Assembly (NCBI GenBank): GCA_044892525.1
Contig: CM097885.1
Span: 38,504,001-38,568,000 of the forward strand
Source: Schmidtea polychroa
Taxonomy: Eukaryota
Length of the DNA stretch: 64,000 bases
Direction of reading: 5' to 3'
Shown here: piece after piece, positions 58,950 to 64,000 of the stretch
How positions within the stretch are numbered: position 1 is the stretch's first letter
How the letters are laid out: every line of letters starts with the position of its first letter
Position numbers and translations under genes: made by a program
Notes under the pieces: model-generated
Seen by the model: only the letters and a program-made list of their open reading frames with translations
Told to the model about the DNA's origin: nothing
Database searches by the model: none

Positions 58950-59186
58950 CAGTGGCCGAACTTCAGAATTTGGGCCCCCGCGAAATGTAAAATATTTCCA
59001 CTTAAATTTTTCGGTTAAAGTTTAATACATAGTTATTCACAGCAGCCGCTATTCAATGATAGTTTTATGTTTGTAGGCAAATATAACTGTGGGAAAAAAG
59101 TTTCAGAAAATGATTGTAAATATTTTTTTTGTAATAATTTTGGGCCCCCACAACGCAGGGTCCTGCGTCCACTAGTTACGCCACTG
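58950..59186. mobile_element. hAT MITE
   Basis: CAGTGGC...GCCACTG termini; 8-bp TSD ATCAGTAT. Confidence 0.85.
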
Positions 59187-59716
59187 ATCAGTATTCTGCG
59201 ATTTTCTAATTCTTTTAATTTAATTTTAATTTTATGTTTTATTTACGCTATTTATTTCGTTGTTATATTTATTTATATCTATTTTTAAATTACTTATATG
59301 ATTTTTAAAGCACTTTTGTTGTTACCTATTGTTATTCTCCTGTTCATTTACTTATGCTGTTTTTATATTTTGTTGTAATCTTAATTCTTAGCCCAACAAA
59401 TAGATGGATGCATAGTCTAAACCTGTTAAAATATAATGAACAGAGTTTAAAGCACGGTTAAAGAACCATTTTATTGAGGGCCACATGATGTTGGTCTAGA
59501 AATCTAAAAATAAATTAGACGGCGACAAACAAATTCAAAATATTTATAATTGTTTGGTCACGATGGCCAGGAATGGAAAGTTTTTAGCAATAAAAAAAAT
59601 ATTTTTAAAGTAACTAATGAGATTTATGACACTACAAATTTCTTTAACCAATTTACCCCATTTCAAAGTCAAAGTACTTGTTGAAATTCGTAGAATATAA
59701 TACAAATTTGTATTAA

Positions 59717-60071
59717 CCCTTTGACGTTCTGTGGTATATATATGTACAACGTCTTCAACAAAATAGTTCACCAATAAATAAACATAATTTGGTTTCGCCC
59801 TTTGATAAAAATACTCTCATATGCCTAATGATTATCATTGGAATCTTTGGTGTCTATAAAAACATTGTTTTAGTTAATACGATCTCGTCAAATATTTGAA
59901 ATTTTCAGAATTTTGAGACATTATCTTCTACTCAGATTATTTTAGGTAATCTTTTGTTTTTGAAAACGTTTTTCATATTATATTATTTCACAATGATTTA
60001 ACTAACATAATGACTATTAAAATAACTTAAATACTATTTTTTTGTACTTCAGAGAACTGAAATAACTTGGT

Positions 60072-60115
<44 letters not shown>

Positions 60116-62410
60116 ACAGAACGGTAAACATAAATTTAGCGTATTATATAGTTCATTATTAAATTACTAAATTGATAGTACTTAGTGATAGCACAGAAAT
60201 ATAATTAAAATGAAAATACATATTTTAACACTTGCTATTTATTTTTTATGATTTTTATTATAGGATATGTCAAAAGAAAAAAGAATTGTTCACTCAAGAA
60301 GAGCCTGTGCTCAAAAAGCAATTTCACTTTTATGGGCGGATAATTCTGAGGACGAAATGGAAAACCTTGATGAGGAAGATGTTACCCTGATTTAAAATGA
60401 CATTGAAATGGGTATCGACGAAACAATAATAGAAGGTATATAAGCTAGCTACAAATTAAAATCAGCATTTATGGTGACCAAAGTTTTATTTTTATGTTTT
60501 TAGACATAGATGTTGATGAGGAATCTAAAGACTTATCTGATGAGTCAGGTACATTATTTCGATTTCCTAATATATTTCAATCGAATTCGTATATTTGTTT
60601 CTGTTGCCATTTCAGAACGTGATTCAGATGTGTTGCATTCAACGGCTTTAAATATAAAATGGCAAAAGAAAAAACGGATATTGTTGGAATTCCCTACACC
60701 TACAAAACTAGTAGATTTCGGAAAAGTGAAAGTGGATATTGAACCTGCAACTGCCTACTCTTCATTTGAAATCACAACAAATTTTGAAGATCTTGTAACA
60801 CTCATTATTGAACAAACTAAATTGTATGCTCAACAACAGGGAATTATATTCGATGTAACAAGTGAAGAGATAAAAGCATTTCTGGGTATATGCATAATTA
60901 TGGGCTATAACAGATTACCAAATCTCCGTGACTATTGGTCAACTGACAGAGATCTCCATGTAGATGCAATTGCCGATGTGATGACAGTGAAAAGATTTGA
61001 ATTTATCCTAAAGAATTTGCACTTTAGTGATAATGCTCTTCAGCCACATAAAGACAATCCGGAATACGACAGAGCGTACAAAGTACGTCCACTAATAAAC
61101 CATTTCAACAAAGCGTTTCAAGCTGCAATGGAAATGGAAAATGAAATGTCAATTGATGAACACATGATTAAGTTCACTGGGAAAAGTGCAAAGAAACAGT
61201 ACGTCAAAGGAAAACCCATACCCTGGGGATTCAAAATGTGGGTCCGAGCATCATCACACTCTGGATATGTTCATGAACTTGACATGTATCAAGGCAAAGT
61301 TTATAATGAAGGTCGCCAATTTGGTCTAGGTGGAAGTGTGGTAATGCATTTGGCAAAGAGTCTTCACAACACAAACTGTATCCTGGCAATGGATAATTTC
61401 TTCTCCTCGGTAGAGCTGTTTTTCTATTTACGTGAAAACGGTGTTCAAGCTATTGGTACTATCAGAACATCACGAAAACACTTGCCAGATGATGTACGTG
61501 CTAACAAGCGTATGAAAGAGGGTGATATTTACTCTTACGTTAGCACTAATGGCAGTATCTCATCAATAAAGTGGATGGACAAACGTGCTGTCACTATTCT
61601 ATCCAATTATGAGACTCCTTTTGAAACCACGACCGTTATGAGAAGACGAAGAGGTACGGCTGGTAAAATGCCTAAAACTGTTCCAAAAATGGTTTCGACG
61701 TATAATTCAATTATGGGAGGTGTTGACATTGCAGATCAACGAAAAGAGGCATATGGAATCGACCGAAGGTAAGCAAAAATTTACAGCCCTGTGCACATTA
61801 TAACTCTACATACATTGTTTGTTTTGATTTTTTTACTTAAAGGTCAAAAGTGAAGTTCTACTTACGCATTTTCTTTGACCTACTGGATATTGGTGTGTGT
61901 AATTCCTATGTCATTTTCAAGAAACTAAATGAGGGCAATCTAATGAAGGCTCTTGATTTTCGCAGATCTGTGGCGCTATCTCTCACTGGTCGTTACAGTA
62001 GTCGTCAGAGAGCGACATCCGCCAATCCTCCTTCAAAGAAAATTCGACCGAGTAATGCTGCTTGTCCTACACCACAACATTTACCAGTATTCACAGAAGA
62101 CAGAAAGCGATGCACATACTGCAGCACCCGAAGACATGATTGCCGCAGCAACATTAAATGCAGTTCATATGATGTTCACCTCTGTCTGAATGCTCAACGT
62201 CAGTGTTATTCACTTTATCATATAATTGACTGATTGGATATTTTGCATATTATCGCTTAGTGGTGTATTTATGTACCACCCCAGGTAGTGTCTAAAAAAT
62301 AAAGAATAAATTATTTTTTGAAAATAATACTCACTAATGGACTAAAATCTGTCGATTGATTAATATTTCAAGCGATAAAAATGCCGGCAACGCTTATGGG
62401 CGTCAAAGGG
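59717..62410 (+). mobile_element. Full-length piggyBac transposon
   Basis: TTAA-CCCTTTGACG ... CGTCAAAGGG-TTAA. Confidence 0.95.
60267..62233 (+). pseudogene. Intron-containing piggyBac transposase (exons 60267-60435, 60504-60548, 60616-61768, 61843-62233) with premature TAA at 60393
   Basis: SIDEHM, MDNFF, GGVDIADQ catalytic motifs; three frame-preserving GT-AG introns; C-terminal Cys-rich domain. Confidence 0.85.
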
Positions 62411-62649
62411 TTAATGAACTGATATAGATGTTTTTATTTATTAATGTTCCTGCTGTCCATTTTCATTATCAACCTGATTTAAAGAAAGAATTTTTATGGA
62501 ACATTTTTTGAAATTTCACACTTTCAAGTTGACATAAATGTTGTTTAAATATCTGAAATTTCACGATTTCAGTTATTTCAAATTTAGTAAATAAAAGCGC
62601 CATTTTATTAGTCGTCTTTAGCTCAATTTTATTTACTAAATTTGTAGAA

Positions 62650-64000
62650 ATGGATTTCAAAATCTTTCAACGTCAACTCCAAGAGAGTCCAATGGAAGAA
62701 GAATGATTAAGGTGTTCGTCAGAAAATCAAATTTAGCAGGATACGACAGATTATAAGACATATTAGCCCTCGTTCCAGCCAACATCTTCATGTCTCTTGA
62801 GGGCTGCAAAGATCTAGATGAAGCCTTTGTCACCTTAAAACGCAGGTTTATTGAGGGTTCAATTTAAAACAGGAGTCTGACTTTATGATGAGAGCTCGTA
62901 AATGCCCAACTCCAGCTCTCTCTACCGTAGAACCCTACAATTTTCTAATTTCTGATATTCCCGTAGCAGGTATATTATCCAAACATTATACGACAAACCA
63001 CCAACTTCACTATCCATTGTTAAAATCCGATGCATTTGGTGTGATAAGGATAAACATCCACGATCAAACTGCTTAGCTAAAGATTCAAACTGCAAAAAAT
63101 GCGGAAAAACGGACACTGGCATTCAGTTTCCTTATCGAAGAAAATTGCTTCCATTCAAGAAACAGATACTGACACAATTTTATCAGACGATATTATTATT
63201 GGTGGCAAAACTCAAGAAGAGCACGATAAGAATTTACGGAAATTTCTTCAAGCCGCCAAAATACAACCTTCAAATTCTCTATGACTTCAATATCTTTTCT
63301 AGGACATATAATAGAGAATCAATTCCTCAAGCCAGATTCAGCACGTTTCAAAGCACTTGTCGAATACCCTACACCAAGCACTACTAAACAAATCGAACGT
63401 CTAATCGGATTCTTTGCCTATTACGCTAAATGGATTCAAAATTCTTTAAATTACATCAAGACCCTGACATCTTCAAAGAAGGACATGTCAGAAGGAAAAT
63501 CGCTATCATCAGAACGCATAATAGCAATAAATCAACTCAAATCCAAACTACAAACTGCCTCTCTTTCCTCTCCGATTCCCGGAAAAGCACTGGATATTGA
63601 AGCCGACGCTTCTCACCACGTTTTAGGAAACGTTTTCAGTCAAAATAGTAGGCATTTTTCTCTCACCTACTCAGCAAATCAGAGACAAACCACTCTATCG
63701 TCGAAAAGGAATCTGCCGCCATTGTCGAATGTTGCCAAAGATGGCGAAACTTATTGCACTCAGTACCATCATTCAACATTTCAACAGACTAAAAAGTCGT
63801 TTCCTTCTGGTTTAATCGCAACAAACTATCGAAGACCAAGAACAAAAAGATTACAAGCAGGAAAATCGAACCATGTGATCTCAGATTTAATATTAGACAA
63901 GCCCGGCATAGAAAACTCATCTGCGGATGCACTTTCCAGATGCTCTTCTATTCAAGATTCAGCCTCCCTTAGCAACATACACAGAACACTTTGCCATCCC
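62650..64000 (+). pseudogene. Degenerate small Ty3/gypsy gag-pol running off the window
   Basis: CKKCGKTGH knuckle, DDIIIGG, IEADASH, EKESAAIVEC, NSSADALSR, HRTLCHP with many stops and frameshifts. Confidence 0.85.

Larger units (their letters stand above)
57050..59405 (-). mobile_element. Decayed relative of the giant retroelement (LTR-start-like segment, ORF5 homolog, start of ORF6-like gene)
   Basis: MLPELRRRVIKAE..TEPP vs EIPELKRQLIATQ..PEPP; minus-strand TTGTTGGGCTAAG near 59400 resembles the LTR start at 21795. Confidence 0.55.

Overview
AT-rich eukaryotic genomic DNA made almost entirely of transposable elements; no host gene is supportable. AAT microsatellites, ~70-nt introns and a giant Ty3/gypsy element suggest a planarian-like flatworm (inference). 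Bases 1 to ~26,000 are the 3' portion of a giant, apparently intact Ty3/gypsy LTR retroelement resembling the planarian 'Burro' elements; its 5' LTR is upstream of the window. One ~4,760-aa polyprotein reads: Gag (3 CCHC knuckles), ubiquitin-like domains, TRAF-type MATH, BCL-2-like domain, a signal peptide plus chuvirus-like fusion glycoprotein with TM, protease, RT, RNase H, integrase, ankyrin repeats and a second type-I membrane protein. Six same-strand accessory ORFs follow, including a TRAF (RING/Zn fingers plus an out-of-frame MATH remnant), an IAP (BIR-BIR-RING), coiled-coil proteins and a membrane protein. Their spacers share TGTAAATA motifs and an AG just before each ATG. A probable ~4-kb 3' LTR carrying two more ORFs closes the element. 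Overall it looks like an enveloped, virus-like retroelement carrying an anti-apoptosis/NF-kB toolkit. Bases ~26,000-64,000 hold two nested Polinton/Maverick derivatives (one with DNA polymerase B remnants), several hAT elements and MITEs with verified TSDs, Merlin and piggyBac MITEs, an intron-containing piggyBac, a decayed relative of the giant element and a decayed small gypsy. All domain calls are by-eye motif recognition; no searches were run.
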